DNA from: Schmidtea polychroa
Taxonomy: Eukaryota
Assembly: GCA_044892525.1 (NCBI GenBank)
Contig: CM097886.1
Span: 78,616,001 to 78,680,000, forward strand
DNA: 64,000 nucleotides
Direction: 5' to 3'
The notes under the pieces were generated by a model, which worked only from the letters and a program-made list of their open reading frames with translations, did not search any database and was not told the origin of the DNA. Below are positions 40,331 to 55,069 of this stretch, piece by piece. The position numbers were made by a program, and so were the translations under genes. Every line of letters starts with the position of its first letter. Position 1 is the first letter of the stretch.

Positions 40331-41899
40331 CTAAAATAAAATTTTAAATTTATTATAAATCTGTTTAATATTTTTTGAAATATTTTATTTAATTTATATA
40401 GAAGATAATTTAAATAAATACTTACATTTGAATTAAAATATCTTAAGAAATTCTTAAACGTATTTTAAACTACAATTAATGAAAATTTCATTTCAGTTCA
40501 GTAATGAAAATCATTAATGTACATGTTTGTGTGTCAGTATTAATCTAATGACGTGTTAAAGTAGCCAATGAAATTCTGAATCTCAGGTTAAGAGAATATG
40601 CTGTGATGCATTGTGTATCACGTGACACAATTGTATTGTTATTCTTAATTATTAAATGAAAATAAAAATATTGCATATTGTAATAATTATTTCTAAATTA
40701 TATACACTAGATACGTGAAAACTACAATTCACTTTTCTATTTTTCGTTAAAAAACCGACACGGATTTGATTTTAAGCCTTCAGTGATTTTTCTGGGTTAC
40801 CTGCAAAAATGTTATATTTAATATTTCCTTTTTAACCGAATCCTTGAAATTTCGAAAAAATAATATTTTTTGTTTATTCTTTACATTTTTTCTTAATATT
40901 TATAACTTTAAATCATTACATCCGAAATATTGTTAAGCTAAAACTCAGGAGTTTTCGATTTGTTTTAATATGTTCTAATATGGGCCAGTACAAAACTTAT
41001 TTCAAATTCACTATAATACATCAAGTAATATAAAAAGGAAAACATTAAAAACATTACGCATAATTAAAATTATGTAACCTGTTGTAACAGAACCGAAGAT
41101 TAATTATTTCTGAGCGCTTGCTTTCGTGAAGATTTTCGATTTGACATAAATGATGGAATTTCTTTAGAAAATAAAATGAAAGTAGTTTCAGGGAAAAACT
41201 TTAGAATACCGAGGGAGTTTGAATGACAAGAAAACCACAATGAAAAATGACCCTGGAAAATATATGTAAAAGTAAAAGGTCTTTTCGAAAACTTTAAGAA
41301 AAATGTATAGAAAAGATATCGAAAAAGACTAATTTCTTTTTCCACAATAAATAAATAATTAAAAATTTTAATCGTTTGTTTTAATCATTTAACAAAATAG
41401 CCTCTGGCTTCAAGGAACTTTTTTATATGAATAGAGAAGATTTCTAGAGAACGCCTTTTTACATCTTTCATTCTTAGAAAAGTTTAAATTCAGAATTAAA
41501 ATTTGTGATTATATTTCTAGGAATACACTGATCAAAGAAGGTTCGTAAATTACATTTCATCAAAAATAGACTTTTCTGTCCTCTCATCCCCACTGTAACA
41601 GACAATAGGAAAATATTTACCCCTTTACTGCCCGTTTGTGTAACGTATCAAAAAATGTTTTCAAAATATGAATGACTTCATAGAAAATTATTTAAAGTAT
41701 AAATATTTATGACAAACAAAAAGCAAATCATTCAACGTTTGATCTGACGAAATTTATTTGAACTTCTTTTTAAAATGCCAAATTTTTATTTGGGTTGTAT
41801 GTAATGTATATAATGTTTAGTGATTCGAAAGAAAAAAAATTGAATGAAAAATTCAGAAATTATAATGAAAATTTAATAAAGGGTTCACAGGGAAAGTTA

Positions 41900-42455
41900 T
41901 AACACAAAAAAACAAGTTAATTAGTTAATTAATCCGTAATGGGAAGTCCCAGCTAATGGGAAACCCGAGCCCTGAAAGGAACTCGGAGCGCATTGAGACT
42001 CAACCGAATAGATAGGAAAGCGAACTCATCCAGGGTAAACATTTTAGGATAATGGGATAACCCTTAAAATATTTACCCAAGGTTCCCTAAACAATAATTA
42101 TCTTCGATAACCTTAAATTCTGTAGATAATTGCACTCCCAGAAAGAGTATAAAAAGAGAGCTCAAAGATAGACGAACTGCCAGTTGGTCGAAGAAACAAG
42201 AAAGAACCAAAGTGAAGAAGTCAGTTATCGATCAGCAAATAGAATCAAGTAGTTGATAGCAATTCTAACTTTCAAACCAGAAAAGGTGATTGGCCCTTGG
42301 GTTTTCTACCTTCGCGAGCAATATTTATTGGAAAGAAAGGTGAATTGAAGTGATTGAAGTTTAATAAAGTTATTCTGTGTTGGTTTTTAGATTATTTGTT
42401 TAAATAAGAACATGAGAAGTCAGAGAAAACCGACTTGCAAAATAATAACCCAACA
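41900..42455 (+). mobile_element. LTR (5' boundary uncertain)
   Basis: TATA (gtataaaaag), then AATAAA, then terminal CCCAACA. Confidence 0.6.
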
Positions 42456-43478
42456 ATATGTTTAGTTTCTCTCTTATATTAATTGTAAATTTGAATTAAC
42501 TCCCTGACCCACCAAGAAGAATTTTATTGTTAGCCCATAGCCCGAAGAATGGTGGGAAAACCCGGTGTCTCTGGGTACGAATTGATGACGTTTTCATCGC
42601 TAAGGCTTTTCATTGTTTTTATTCTTTCCAGTCCAAAATATTTTTAATTTCATGTATAGGTTATGCGACAGCACGCTGGTAAATACAATTGTTTTTCTGT
42701 CTTCTAATACAACTTTTATGCGTATTCAGTATTGCCAACTGTTAAAAATACAATTCACATTTGTTGCTGCCAACATTTTTTAATGTCGAAAGACAAAAAT
42801 TGAATTTTGAATTAATGATTCCATTTGGAATCACTGGGCTGGAAAGGCTTAACATGATAAATTCAATAATAAAAATTGAAAAAAACCTTACATAATATGT
42901 CTAAATACCCATTTTATTAAAAAATTTTTTACTAAATAAAATAAAATAAGAAAAACATAAATAACACTTATCAAATTGAAACGACCTCATGTAATACTTA
43001 TGTCACCATTAAAATGCCTTAATTGGCTAAAAAAAATTTTAATTTTAATTTTTAACAAGAATTAATTAAAAAATATCAACAAGTTATTGTATAACGTTGT
43101 TTGCCTAAATAAATAATGTACTTGTTCAAATAGAAATCCTAAAAATAGCATCTGATAATATACTTATGTAATTACTCTTAACAGTCTAAGCGTTTTTTTC
43201 TAACATTTAATAAAAAAATAAAATTACTTTTTAAAATTTTTATTAATTTTAAATATATGCATATATGATTTATTTTATTTTTGGAAACTCTTAGAAATTA
43301 ATGTCAAAGTTTTGTAAACAAAAAACATATTTTCATGATCTAAATAGTTTGAAAATTATCAGTTTCACTTGATTTTAACATTTAACTTTTTTAATAAATA
43401 GAATTTAATAAATAAAAATATTTTAATTTGATTTTAACATTAATTCATAATCTAGATTTATATACGATGTGTTATAAC

Positions 43479-43869
43479 CAGTGGTGAGCTGTGAAAAAAA
43501 ACAACAAAGGGCTCGCAAAATTTGTAAAAAGTTAACAAGGGGCTCGAATAATTCCCAAACACCTCTGCAAAATCAGCAACCATAAAAATGATATGACATA
43601 TCGTAAAAAATCGAAAATTTTAAATAATTTGTTAAATTTTTTATATTTAAAAAAGTTTCTATATTTTGATTTTAGAAAAAAAAATTAATATTTTGATTTT
43701 ATGAAAAAAAAGTTCTATATTTTACGTTTTCCCGTTAAAACAATAGCAATTTTAATTTGAAGTGAAGCGCAAAATCACAGTTGAAAGAACAACAAGGGGC
43801 TCGCAAAATTTTTAAAAAGTTAACAAGGGGCTCTGCCGAGCCCCCGCGGACATGCGTAGCTCACCACTA
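43479..43869 (-). mobile_element. hAT MITE (391 bp), deletion derivative of the 11762 element
   Basis: TIR CAGTGGTGAGCT / AGCTCACCACTA, TSD GTTATAAC. Its right ~120 bp is the reverse complement of 11762-11870. Confidence 0.93.
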
Positions 43870-44199
43870 GTTATAACCAGCAGGTACGATGCAAGTTGGA
43901 CTGACCGCTACTTTCATATTACTATTGAATGCTTTCACCAATTTTCAAGGGTGGATTAGCAAAAGATTTTATTTTTCTTCCCATTAGCCTCTTAGCAGAT
44001 GAGTTATTGAATGTGCCAGAGAATGCTCTGGGATTAAATAATATTTTGAGAAGGTATGTATGATTCTTTTTACTCTATATTTTTACCGCTGACTTTATGG
44101 TTTGTACGGCTCTTTCTGCTACTCCATTCGAAGCCGGATGATATATTGGTGAGTATAAAATTTTGCATTCTTTTGCTTTTAGACATACTTTTATCTGTC

Positions 44200-44500
44200 T
44201 GAGAAAAGTCCATCTGTTTCTTGATATGGCTTGATATCATCGAAGGGATGTAATTTCTCTACTGAATGAAAGTTATCGATTTATTCCTCCATATTCTTCT
44301 CAAATAAATCCAATTCAGGAGTATTTTAGTTATTTCAAATTCAAAATATCAAGAATAATATTTATTGAATTAAACCGTAATCAATCAAAAGAAAGGCTAT
44401 GTGATATTTTTATGTACGAAAATTTAATTTTTGAAGGTATGTTTAGAAATATGAGAAGATATGTTGAAAAGGCGTTGACAAGACGAGAATTTATTTAATA
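44200..44500 (+). pseudogene. Tc1/IS630 (DDE_3) transposase remnant
   Basis: YHRRDVISLL...RFIPPYSSQINPIQEYFS resembles the FLPPYSPxLNPIE motif. Confidence 0.75.
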
Positions 44501-45087
44501 ACATTTTTGGATTGTTATATTAAATATAATTATAAATAATTTAAAATATAATTATGAACAATTTTAAATATATTATTGCATAACTCAGTGATATTGCCGT
44601 TTTATGATTGATAAAAATATGTATTATATTTTTAGTATTGACTACTCTCCAGTTTTCAATGATAGCTGGAGGGCGCAAAGTGTATGTCTTGCCCAGGGTA
44701 GTTAAAACCATTGCTACGCCACTGTTATGGAATAAATTTCATAGAACAGTCTATCTTAATAGATTAAATGACTCAAAGTGCAACTTACGCTAAAAAATTC
44801 GAAATTTTTGTAGATGTAAATATCTAAATTTTAGAGCCAAATGCAAAAAAAATTATTTAATAACTCTTGAAAAAGGAAGTTGGGGAAATCCGTAACAAAT
44901 AGAAAAAACAATAATTGGAACTTAATGTAGATAAATAAAATTCAAACTTTACTTTCAAAATGATGACTGATTTGATGATTGAGAGCAAAATCGATTAAAA
45001 TAGTTGTAAAAATAAATTCGTAACAATGACACATTGGAATTCAATATTGATTTATTCATTATTAAACGAGAACTATCGTATATAGAT

Positions 45088-45432
45088 CAGTGGTTCTCAA
45101 TTAATATAAAAGCGCGGAACAGCATTCACATGATTTTTTTACGCGGAACACTGACAAAAAATACTTGCCCACAATGAGTGACCAATCACAAATTACTATA
45201 AATCTGTCGTTAAAAGTAAACAATGCCTTCTTATAAGCAAAGAAAATACCACGCGCAACAATAACAAGCAATAAAAACACTTTTATATTTGTATGTTTAT
45301 ATATCTGTGTAACGGCTTTCTTATTGAATCATCTTATAAAAAGTTAATTGAGGTTTTTGATGATATGTATCTTAAATGTAAATTTAACGATAAAATGTCA
45401 TTTTTTCGCGGAATACGGCTTGAGAACCACTT
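45088..45432. mobile_element. hAT MITE (345 bp)
   Basis: TIR CAGTGGTTCTCAA / TTGAGAACCACTT, TSD ATATAGAT. Confidence 0.9.
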
Positions 45433-46619
45433 ATATAGATGGTAAATATCATTCATTGTTTTAGGAAGGATGATAAATAGATATTATATAATTATTTAAA
45501 TTAACATATTGCTTAATAATATGTCAAAATCGTAGTTTCAAGATTAGAGGTTATTTACAATGTTTAAATGTTGGTGTGTATGTGTAGTTACTGGGATTCT
45601 GTATCAATAATTAGTAAACCAATTAACTCACATTTAGACGGTATGCAATGAAGAGCTTTATAATATCATATAGGAAATTTGTCTTCAGAAAAAATTTAAG
45701 ACATCTCTGGCGATTCTTAACAACTTTATAATCGAGTAAGATATGTTTCGAACAAGCACAGAAGAATTCCAAGCAAGTATTTTAAATGATAAAATGACTC
45801 GAGTACGGCTTTAGTAATTACATAACGCATGATAGCTGTGTTACACGTAGCATGTATGGATCAAAAAAGTTTCCTTTAATCATGCGTCTACCAAAATAAA
45901 ATGATCCTCAAAAATAGATTTATTAATGAAAAAATATTTTCGTTTCGGGTCCAACAGTTAGCGTGCTTATACAATGTGATTATTTATAATATTGCAAATA
46001 TCTGTATTTAAAATACCATAAGATAATTAAAAATTAATAAAATCTTATCATCGAGATAAAAAAAAACTAATTATTAACAATTTTTTATTAAAATAACGAA
46101 TTTTAACGAATGCCATTTTATATACTCATTTTTCTGTGGATCGATTTTTAATATTGAGAGCTATTATCTCTATCAATTAATAAAAATCAATAACTAAACA
46201 ACAATATTTACAGCACCACAATCTCGAATTACTAGTAAAAATCATTAATTGATAAGCCTAAATGGGTGGGTTCAAATACGAGTTAAGCATATGGGCATTA
46301 TAAACTAGGTAATTCTGTAATAAATGAAGAAAACTTACCATAAGAGAAAAATCTACTAAAATGATCAACACGATTTTCCAAGAGGAATAAATGACATTGA
46401 TTTTACCATGATTTTACTTATTGTTAACATGTATTTATTCATTGTTTTTAAACACTCGCTTTTATAGTGTTAAGAAAATTTTGACGAATATTTTAAAGTT
46501 TATGAAAGTTTAGAATGATGTATTATTTTCTAGGGAATTTATTTTCAATATAATTAAATAATGGCACATATTTTATAAGCTTTTAAACTAACCATACAAC
46601 AAGGAGGTGATTATGACTA

Positions 46620-47038
46620 CAGAACAATGCCATACTATCGAAAGTGCAACAAGTGCAATCACACTGTGTCCCCAAATATTAAATACAATAGAAAAACTTC
46701 TCCAATAGCAAAAAAATATCACGAATTGAAAGAAAAAACAAAGGTGAAAATTCGAAAACGATCGTTTTCAAAACTAAAATTATTTGGAAATTATCTACGG
46801 TCTACAATGTCACAGGAAAGACTTTTCAGATTAGCAATACTGTCGATTTAAAATGCAACAGCCAGGACAATTGATTACAATGATATAATTGATAAATTTG
46901 CCAGCAAAAGAGCTAGGAAAATTGCTTTATAATTTCTTTGTATTATTTTTTTTTAATTAAAATCAATAAAAATGAATGCAATAAAATTAAAAAATTTTTA
47001 GTGCCTGAACAGGACCCCAAAAATTACAGCACGCGCTG
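46620..47038 (+). pseudogene. ZMYM1-type hAT C-terminal remnant with right end
   Basis: RSFSKLKLFGNYLRSTMSQERLFRLAILSI...IIDKFASKRARK. Confidence 0.8.
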
Positions 47039-49894
47039 CTATTGAATAAAGAATTAAAAGCCTATCTATGTACATAAAATTTGTGTGGGTAATAAACACT
47101 AAATTACAAAGAAATTTAGTTTTTGATGAGTTGGGACTATAACCATTGGATAGCGCATGCAAAACTATATAATGGGAAGTTGGTATTTTAAAAGTTATAT
47201 TTTTCATTAACTTTACATTTTTTAAAAGTTTTTTAAAATACTTAATTTTAAAAGTTATATTTTGTATGAAAATAAATTTTCATATTTATAATGAATTTTA
47301 GGTCATTTTTTAATCGTTTCTAAAAATGCTTTCTTTCACCAATGATTTGAGGAAGAATTTCTTTATGTGACTGATAGTCTGTCCCTTTCAATATTTTTTA
47401 ATCTTTTCCAATTTTTTAAGAATCTTTAAAATGAAATTTTATTAAATAAATTATAATTTATATTGTTCCATTTACCTCACCTACTTATAGAAAGTTGGAA
47501 TGTAATAAAGCACTTCAAATATCCTTAAATCGCATATTTTTATAACAAAATTTTCCTGTAATAAGCATTGGTTACCCATAATTTATTTTCCTTAGCATAT
47601 ATTTTTATTATGGGGTTTCAACATAATTTTAGCACAAGTTTTGACAAGTGCAATTAGACTATATTTAATTTCTAATATTTTCAATATTTATTTATTTGAT
47701 TTTACAAATTTTTTACATGTATTTTAAATTTATCTAGGCATTATTCAAATTAATGACAAATTAAATTTTTTGTTGATTAATCTATATTTTGGCATATTGC
47801 CAATTTTAAAAATAAGTCTTAATTTAGAATTAATATGTTTTCCAAGTTCCACTTATTTATAATTAAAAAAAAATCATTTAAAAAAATTACAATGTTAAAT
47901 CTTTCATTAAATTACAATTTTTTTTCTAAATTTTAGACGAATCTAATAATTGAAAAATACACAATTAAAAATAATTTTAACATTTTTTCATTAAATTGTT
48001 TTCAATTTTAGTGAAACATATGACTGAAAGTTGATCATTCACATTTTTATAATAAATTATAAATAAATTAATGTTATATTACTATTTTTAAATTGCATTA
48101 AAAATGTTTTTAATTTCACACGAATTATTCCCATTTACTTATTTTAAGTTATAACTACAACTTTAAAATTTAAAAACTAATCTACTGTCAAATTGTCAAT
48201 ACTGTTAAAGTCATCTAATTATAAACTTTTATTGTCTGACGATAATTTAAAAAATCGTCATTTTAATCGTCAACAGAAGATTATTCAATGAATAAGACCA
48301 TTGCTTAAGACCATTACTTAACAAAAGTCAACTAATTTTCACTATTTTATCCTTTTACCTCCTTGAAAAGGTTGTTTTGTATGTTGTGTACTTTATGTTT
48401 TTCATTGTCAGTGATCGAAGTTCATAAAAGGATAAAATAAAAGTGATTATTCAACTTTTCGACGCTCATGTTGTATAGTACTCGTACACAGTACACTAAA
48501 TTTAAAAATGCAAAAAATTTAAAGGTGAAGCAAGTAAATCTTAAAAACCTGAATTAAAAATAAAACTAATTAAAAATTGTTTAAAATCAGAAATCAATAT
48601 TTTTCAGGGGAGGTATGATGAGTTAGAAAATAGAAAGTTAGGATTAAATTGATAATTGACTGTCAACCAAACATGATATGAACAGAAGCAAAAACAAAAT
48701 AGGAATACGTCAAAACAAAATCAAATAAAATATGTCGGATCGACGAAACAGTTTAAAGAAGTCAGAATCCAAAAAGACACTAGAGACACTATAGAGAAGT
48801 TAGAAAGTGTCGGAAAGTCATTGTGTACTCAAATTATCAACCATTTGAAGCGTTATTAAGAATTACCCTTTGGTAAATTTCATTACTCAATTGTTTTTAT
48901 AAAAAATTGTACTGATGTAAAAAGCCATCGATTTAGTGAAATTGTGATATAAAGAAAATAAACTTTACTATTTGTTGAGTTCTGCGTGCTTTAATCAAAT
49001 GATCGAAGGGAGTCAGTAAATCAAATCTTACCGGAACAATGATATCAAACCTAATACTCACATATAATTGTCCACTGTGGTGTAGTAGACGCCTAAGTGC
49101 CTCACAATACTTTTTATAATGTTGCTTAAACAAGCTAATCATTGTTATTAGCACACCAAAAGGGTGCAATGCCACATAAATAGGAGAAACCTTCCACCAT
49201 CACTTGTATATCACTTAGAAACATAATTAAGCTTATATTTCCCCTAAATTTCTTCATTCTTCAAGAAACAAATATTTAATAATCGAAGAATAACTAATTC
49301 AACTCTTGCTACATTTCAAAGTACAACCCAATGCAATTTTGTATGCTTCTTCAAGTTCAAAATTTAAAAACTTTAATGATATTTCATTATCTTTATCAAA
49401 GAATATTGATTATCGGGAAACATACTCTCAAGATTTTGAAATGACAATTATTCTACTATATATGAAATTAATAGTAAGAAGTAGAGTATTTAGATAAAAA
49501 TTCAATTATGATATATTATATATTTTAAGACCATTTTCAACAATCATCTTATATAATAGAAATAGGTAGATATTTCACACTGCAGCACGACCATCTGGTG
49601 TAAAATTCTTTGACTTATGAGAAATAAGGGTAATTTTTATAAATAAGTAAATTGAAGTATTAATTCAAAATAATTAATGGATTTTAAATTTATGGTAAGA
49701 TATTTTCAAGAATCGAGGTCTTATAAGAAATTAAGGTAAAAAGAAAGAAATTAATTTAAAAAATAAGTAAGTAGGTAGTTAGTAGCGTACTGCAGCAATG
49801 ACCCCCCCCGGGGGGGTTCTGCTGCAACTTTTTTTTTGCTGCAACTTTTTTTTTGCTGCAACTTTTTTTTTTGCTGCAACTTTTGATTACGCAA

Positions 49895-51470
49895 TTTTTC
49901 AGACTATAGTGAGGGGGTCTCGATGGTCCTGGGATTTTCAATACAAAAAAATTTTTTCTATACAAAAACGATGGTCCTGGGATTTTCAATACAAAAAAAA
50001 TTTTTCAATACAAAAATCCGACTACCACTAAAAAAGCCAAGGAATTTTCAGACTATAGTGAGGGGGTCTCGATGGTCCTGGGATTTTCAATACAAAAAAA
50101 TTTTTTCTATACAAAAACGATGGTCCTGGGATTTTCAATACAAAAAAAATTTTTCAATACAAAAATCCGACTACCACTAAAAAAGCCAAGGAATTTTCAG
50201 ACTATAGTGAGGGGGTCTCGATGGTTCTGGGATTTTCAATACAAAAAAATTTTTTCTATACAAAAACGATGGTCCTGGGATTTTCAATACAAAAAAAATT
50301 TTTCAATACAAAAATCCGACTACCACTAAAAAAGCCAAGGAATTTTCAGACTATAGTGAGGGGGTCTCGATGGTTCTGGGATTTTCAATACAAAAAAATT
50401 TTTTCTATACAAAAACGATGGTCCTGGGATTTTCAATACAAAAAAATTTTTTCTATACAAAAACGATGGTCCTGGGATTTTCAATACAAAAAAAATTTTT
50501 CAATACAAAAATCCGACTATCAATAAAAAAGCATGGTAATTTAAGGTCTCAGGATATTTTCAATACAAAAAGGCGGTCTTCAATAAAGAAGCATGGTAAT
50601 TTAAGGTCTCAGGATATTTTCAATACAAAAATCCGACTATCAATAAAAAAGCATGGTAATTTAAGGTCTTAGGATATTTTCAATACAAAAGCTGGTCTTC
50701 AATAAAAAAGCATGGTAATTTAAGGTCTCAGGATATTTTCAATACAAAAATCCGACTATCAATAAAAAAGCATGGATTTTTCGAATTAAATTAAGGTGGG
50801 TCTCCTTGGTCCTGAGAATTTCAATAGACAAAGGTGGTCTACACTAAAAAACGTGGTAAATTTTTTAAAATTACAGTAAATTATGGGTCTAAAAATTGAA
50901 TTACAGTAAATTATGGACTAAGATTTTTAAATTACAGTAAATTATGGTCCAAATTTTTCAATTAAAGTAAATTATGGTTCAAATTTTTCAAATAAGGTAA
51001 TTATGGTCCTAAAAAATTAAATTACAGTAAATTATGGTTCTAAAAAATTATATTACAGTAAATTATGGTCTAAAAAAATTAAATTACAGTAAATTATGGT
51101 CCAAATTTTAAAATTACAGTAAATTATGGTCCAAATTTTTGAATTAAAGTAAATTATAGGCTTAGATTTTTCAATTAAAGTAAATTATGGTCCAAATTTT
51201 TGAATTAAAGTAAATTATAGGCTTAGATTTTTCAATTAAAGTAATGAATGGGCTCAAATAACTAAATTAAGGTTCAAAATTTTAAATTAAAGTAAATAAT
51301 GGTCCTAAAAAATTAAATTAAAGGTAATTATGGTCCTAAAAAATTAAATTAAGGTCCAAATTTTTGAATTAAAGTAATTAATGGGCTCAGATTTTTCAAT
51401 TAAAGTAAATAATGGCTCAAATTTTTCAAATTAAAGTAAATAATGGTCCAAATTTTAAAATTAAGTAATC
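49895..51470. repeat. Tandem arrays in the left TIR: 149-bp (~4 copies, with 40-bp subunits), 60-bp (~4 copies), ~30-bp (many copies)
   Basis: The 149-bp period is visible in ORF starts 49923/50072/50221/50370. The 60-bp unit runs from 50521, and the attacagtaaattatgg unit from ~50870. Confidence 0.92.
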
Positions 51471-51809
51471 AAAGTAAAAAATTAAAATTAAGTAATCAAT
51501 GGTAAAAAAAAATTTTAAATAAGTAAATTAAAGTAAATTAAAGTAAGATTTTAAAATTTATTAACAAAAAGTTGAAATAATAGAAGGTGTTTGAGAATTG
51601 AAATTTTTTAATGAAAATTTTAATGAAATATTTTTCAATGGTAATTTTTAATGGAAATTTTTATGGAATAATTTTTTAAGTTAATTTTTAATGGAAATTT
51701 TTAAGAAATATTTTTCAATGATAATTTTAGATGGAAATTTTTAAGATAATTTTTAATGAAAATTTTTATGAAATATTTTTCAAAGACAAATTTTAATAAT
51801 AATTCAACA

Positions 51810-52320
51810 ACAAACCAACAACTTAGTACCAACAACCAGTAACTTACGAACATGTATTTGCAACCAGTTACCTACAACTAGATACTAACAACCAGTTACC
51901 TGTTACCAAGTACATACAACAAAACATCCAACCAACTAGGTACCAGATACCGAGTACTCACAACCAACATCAACCAGGTACTAAGCATTAATTACCAACT
52001 ACTAAGTACCTACAATCAACTAGGTACTAGATACCAAGTACCTACAACCGACAACAACCAGGTACTAAGCACTGTCAACTAGATACCAAACACTTACAAC
52101 CTACAACTAGTTACTAACAACTAGTTACCTGATACCAACTACTCAACAACCACCTACCAAGTACATACAACTAGTTACTAACAACCTGTTACCTACAACT
52201 AGATACTAACAACTAGATACCAACAACCAGTTACCAACTACTAAGCATCATCAACCAACTACTAAGCACCTACAACCACATACCCATTAACTAGATACCA
52301 AGTACTTACAACCAGGTGAC
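51810..52320. repeat. Degenerate caactag(a/t)tac(t/c)aac minisatellite
   Basis: Repeated C/A-rich motif, recurring at 52740-52810 and 53220-53400. Confidence 0.8.
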
Positions 52321-54024
52321 CACATGAAATTATTGGTTAAATAGGTAAATTAATGTTTAATTTTTAAATTAACTAATCAATGATCTAAAATATTAAAGTT
52401 AAAGTCAATTTAGGATGAAAGTTTTCTGGGATATTCAATGTTAATTTTAGATGCAAATCTTCGTCAATTAATCAATGACCACATGAAATTATTGGTTAAA
52501 TATGAAAATAAGGATTATATTTAGTTGTTAAGTAAATTATGGTGTAAAATTAAGAAATAAAGAATAATTAGGTAAATTAAGGATAAGTAAAGTTAAAAAT
52601 TTTAAATAAGTAAATTAAGGTTCAAAATTTTAAATTAAAGAAAACAATGGTTTTAATTTTAAATTAAAGCTAAATGAGTAAATTAAAGTAATAATTTTTA
52701 AATAAGTAAATTAAGGTTCAAAATCTAAAATTAAGTAACCAATACTTACAACATGATACCACGTACTAACTAACTCTCAAACAACCAGATACTTACAACT
52801 AACTACTAAATATTCTTCACTGTATTTTATGAATTGTTTTTTAAATTAATTTTTTATCTATCTTCAAAAATATGTTTAATTACAATCAGTAGAAAAACCT
52901 TTTCAAATTTAACAAAAATGTTGATTTTCATCAAAAAACCACAACTCAACCACTTTAAAACACCACTTGAAATTCAAAATAATTTAAATTACAATGAAAG
53001 ACTAATGAATTCTAATTCACAAAACATTCTTCTTTTAATTGATAACTTATTATTGCAAAGTAAAAATCATATTCAATAAATACTTATTATTGATCAGTTT
53101 TATTATATATACTCTGAGTTTACCCGACAGGATGTTTTGACCCCCTAAGGGTACTGGTCGTAAGGGTACTGGTCGTAAGGGTATTGGTAACACTCAACCC
53201 CCACCTACTCATTAATTAGTTACCATGTACTAACAACTAGGTTTCAAACAACTAAATACTAAACACTAACAACCAGATACCTACAACTAGTTACTAACAA
53301 CCACCATCAAAACCCATCGAGAAATTAACAACACTGTACCAACTACCAAATACAAGATACCAACAACTTAGTACCAACAATCAACTAACAACACATAAAA
53401 ATAATAGCAATTAAATACAAAATACTCTTCATCACATACACTATCTTCTTATCAAAATCTAAAAAGCCAACCAACTACTTAGAACCAACAACTATGTACT
53501 GACAAATTGATCTTTAAAAGAAAATACTCTTCACTTGAAAAATTAGATGGAAAATTAATTGAACTCAAGGCATCAATAACTTGATAAAAATTGATTAAAT
53601 TATTGTAAAAAATTTAAATTATTCGAAATAAATATCATAAAAATTTAATTAATGGACAAGAAAAAATTCTAATCATCCAATAAATAAAAAAAAATGCTGA
53701 TCATTCAAGTTGAATCAACTAAGATAATAAATTAATAAGATAAAATCTAGTAGATAATTGATTTAGATTGAATAAATTAATTGAAATAAAATTAATTTTA
53801 AGTATTTTTTTTAAAAGTAATACATGTACTCAAATTGATTGACTGATTTCTCAATATATTCAAAAATCAATATAAATTCATTAAAATTATCAAAGTCAGC
53901 AATCTACAATAAAAATAATTATCATTAAATTCCAAAAGAGACTAGATAACTAATGATAACATCTAACAAACCAGTAAATTCATTTAAATGACAATAATTG
54001 GTATATCCAAGTGAATTCTCCAAT

Positions 54025-54520
54025 AAAATCATCTAAAAAGCATCAAATTTCCCTGAAATATCTATATCTTTTAAGATTAGTATCTTATCGATAAGTACTT
54101 GTTAAAGATCATATATTCACCTCAAACTAACAAGATTCCTTAAAATCCCCTTAAATGACTATATTTCTATCCTTAATTCATATTATTACAAATATCATCT
54201 AAAAAGCATCAAATTTCATTGAAATAACACTATCTTTAAAGATTGATATTTTAATGATAAATACCTTAAAAGATCATATATTCACCTCAAACTAACAAGA
54301 TTCCTTAAAATCTCTTAAATGACTATATTTCTACCCTTAATCCATATTATTACAAATATTTCACTAAAATCATCTAAAAAGCATCAAATTTCCCTGAAAT
54401 AACTATCTTTAAAGATAAGTATTTTATCGATAAATATCCTTAAAAGGTTATATATTTACTTCAGACTAATAAGATTGCTTAAAATCCCCTTTAAATGACT
54501 TTAATTCCTATTATCACGAA
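54025..54520. repeat. ~170-bp tandem repeat, 3 copies
   Basis: atcatctaaaaagcatcaaatttc...aacaagattccttaaaatc recurs three times. Confidence 0.85.
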
Positions 54521-55069
54521 TATTATAAAACATGTAAAATAATTTGGTCATTAACCCTAAATAATTTATAAAATCTAATGATAAAACCGGTTATAATTAA
54601 CTTTTTGTTAATCACTGTACTCGAAATTTAAAATAAATATAACTGACTAGGTCCCATTAAAAGATTAAATTTATCCATTCAATAAAATATATTTCTTCAA
54701 ATGATCATTTTACCGATATTCAACCGATTTAATTACTAATTAAAATCAATCGATAGATTTCTTTCAATAAAGATCAATTTTATTTAGTTGTTGTTGATGT
54801 TTTAAGTCCATATTTCTCAACTTTTGTCATTCTCCGTCTAAATAAAGATAAAAATAAATTAAAGTTGATATCAATCCCAATTATCTGTAAAGTTTTCATT
54901 GTCAAAACCAAGTAAATCGATCATTATCCCTACTTAATAATCCATAAATCTAAATTAATATACAATGAATTAATCACAACCTAATAAAACGATATAATTA
55001 TTATTGATACATAACTGACTAATTGACATTTCCCTTAAAACAATGATATTTTACCAACATCACCATTAA

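Noticed and set aside
48933-49200. 80-aa minus-strand ORF as a host exon
   Set aside because: No in-frame acceptor and no recognisable homology.
49798-50672. ORFs of 77-101 aa and a CRISPR-like appearance
   Set aside because: These are translations of a 149-bp tandem repeat with no unique spacers and no cas genes, in a eukaryotic context.
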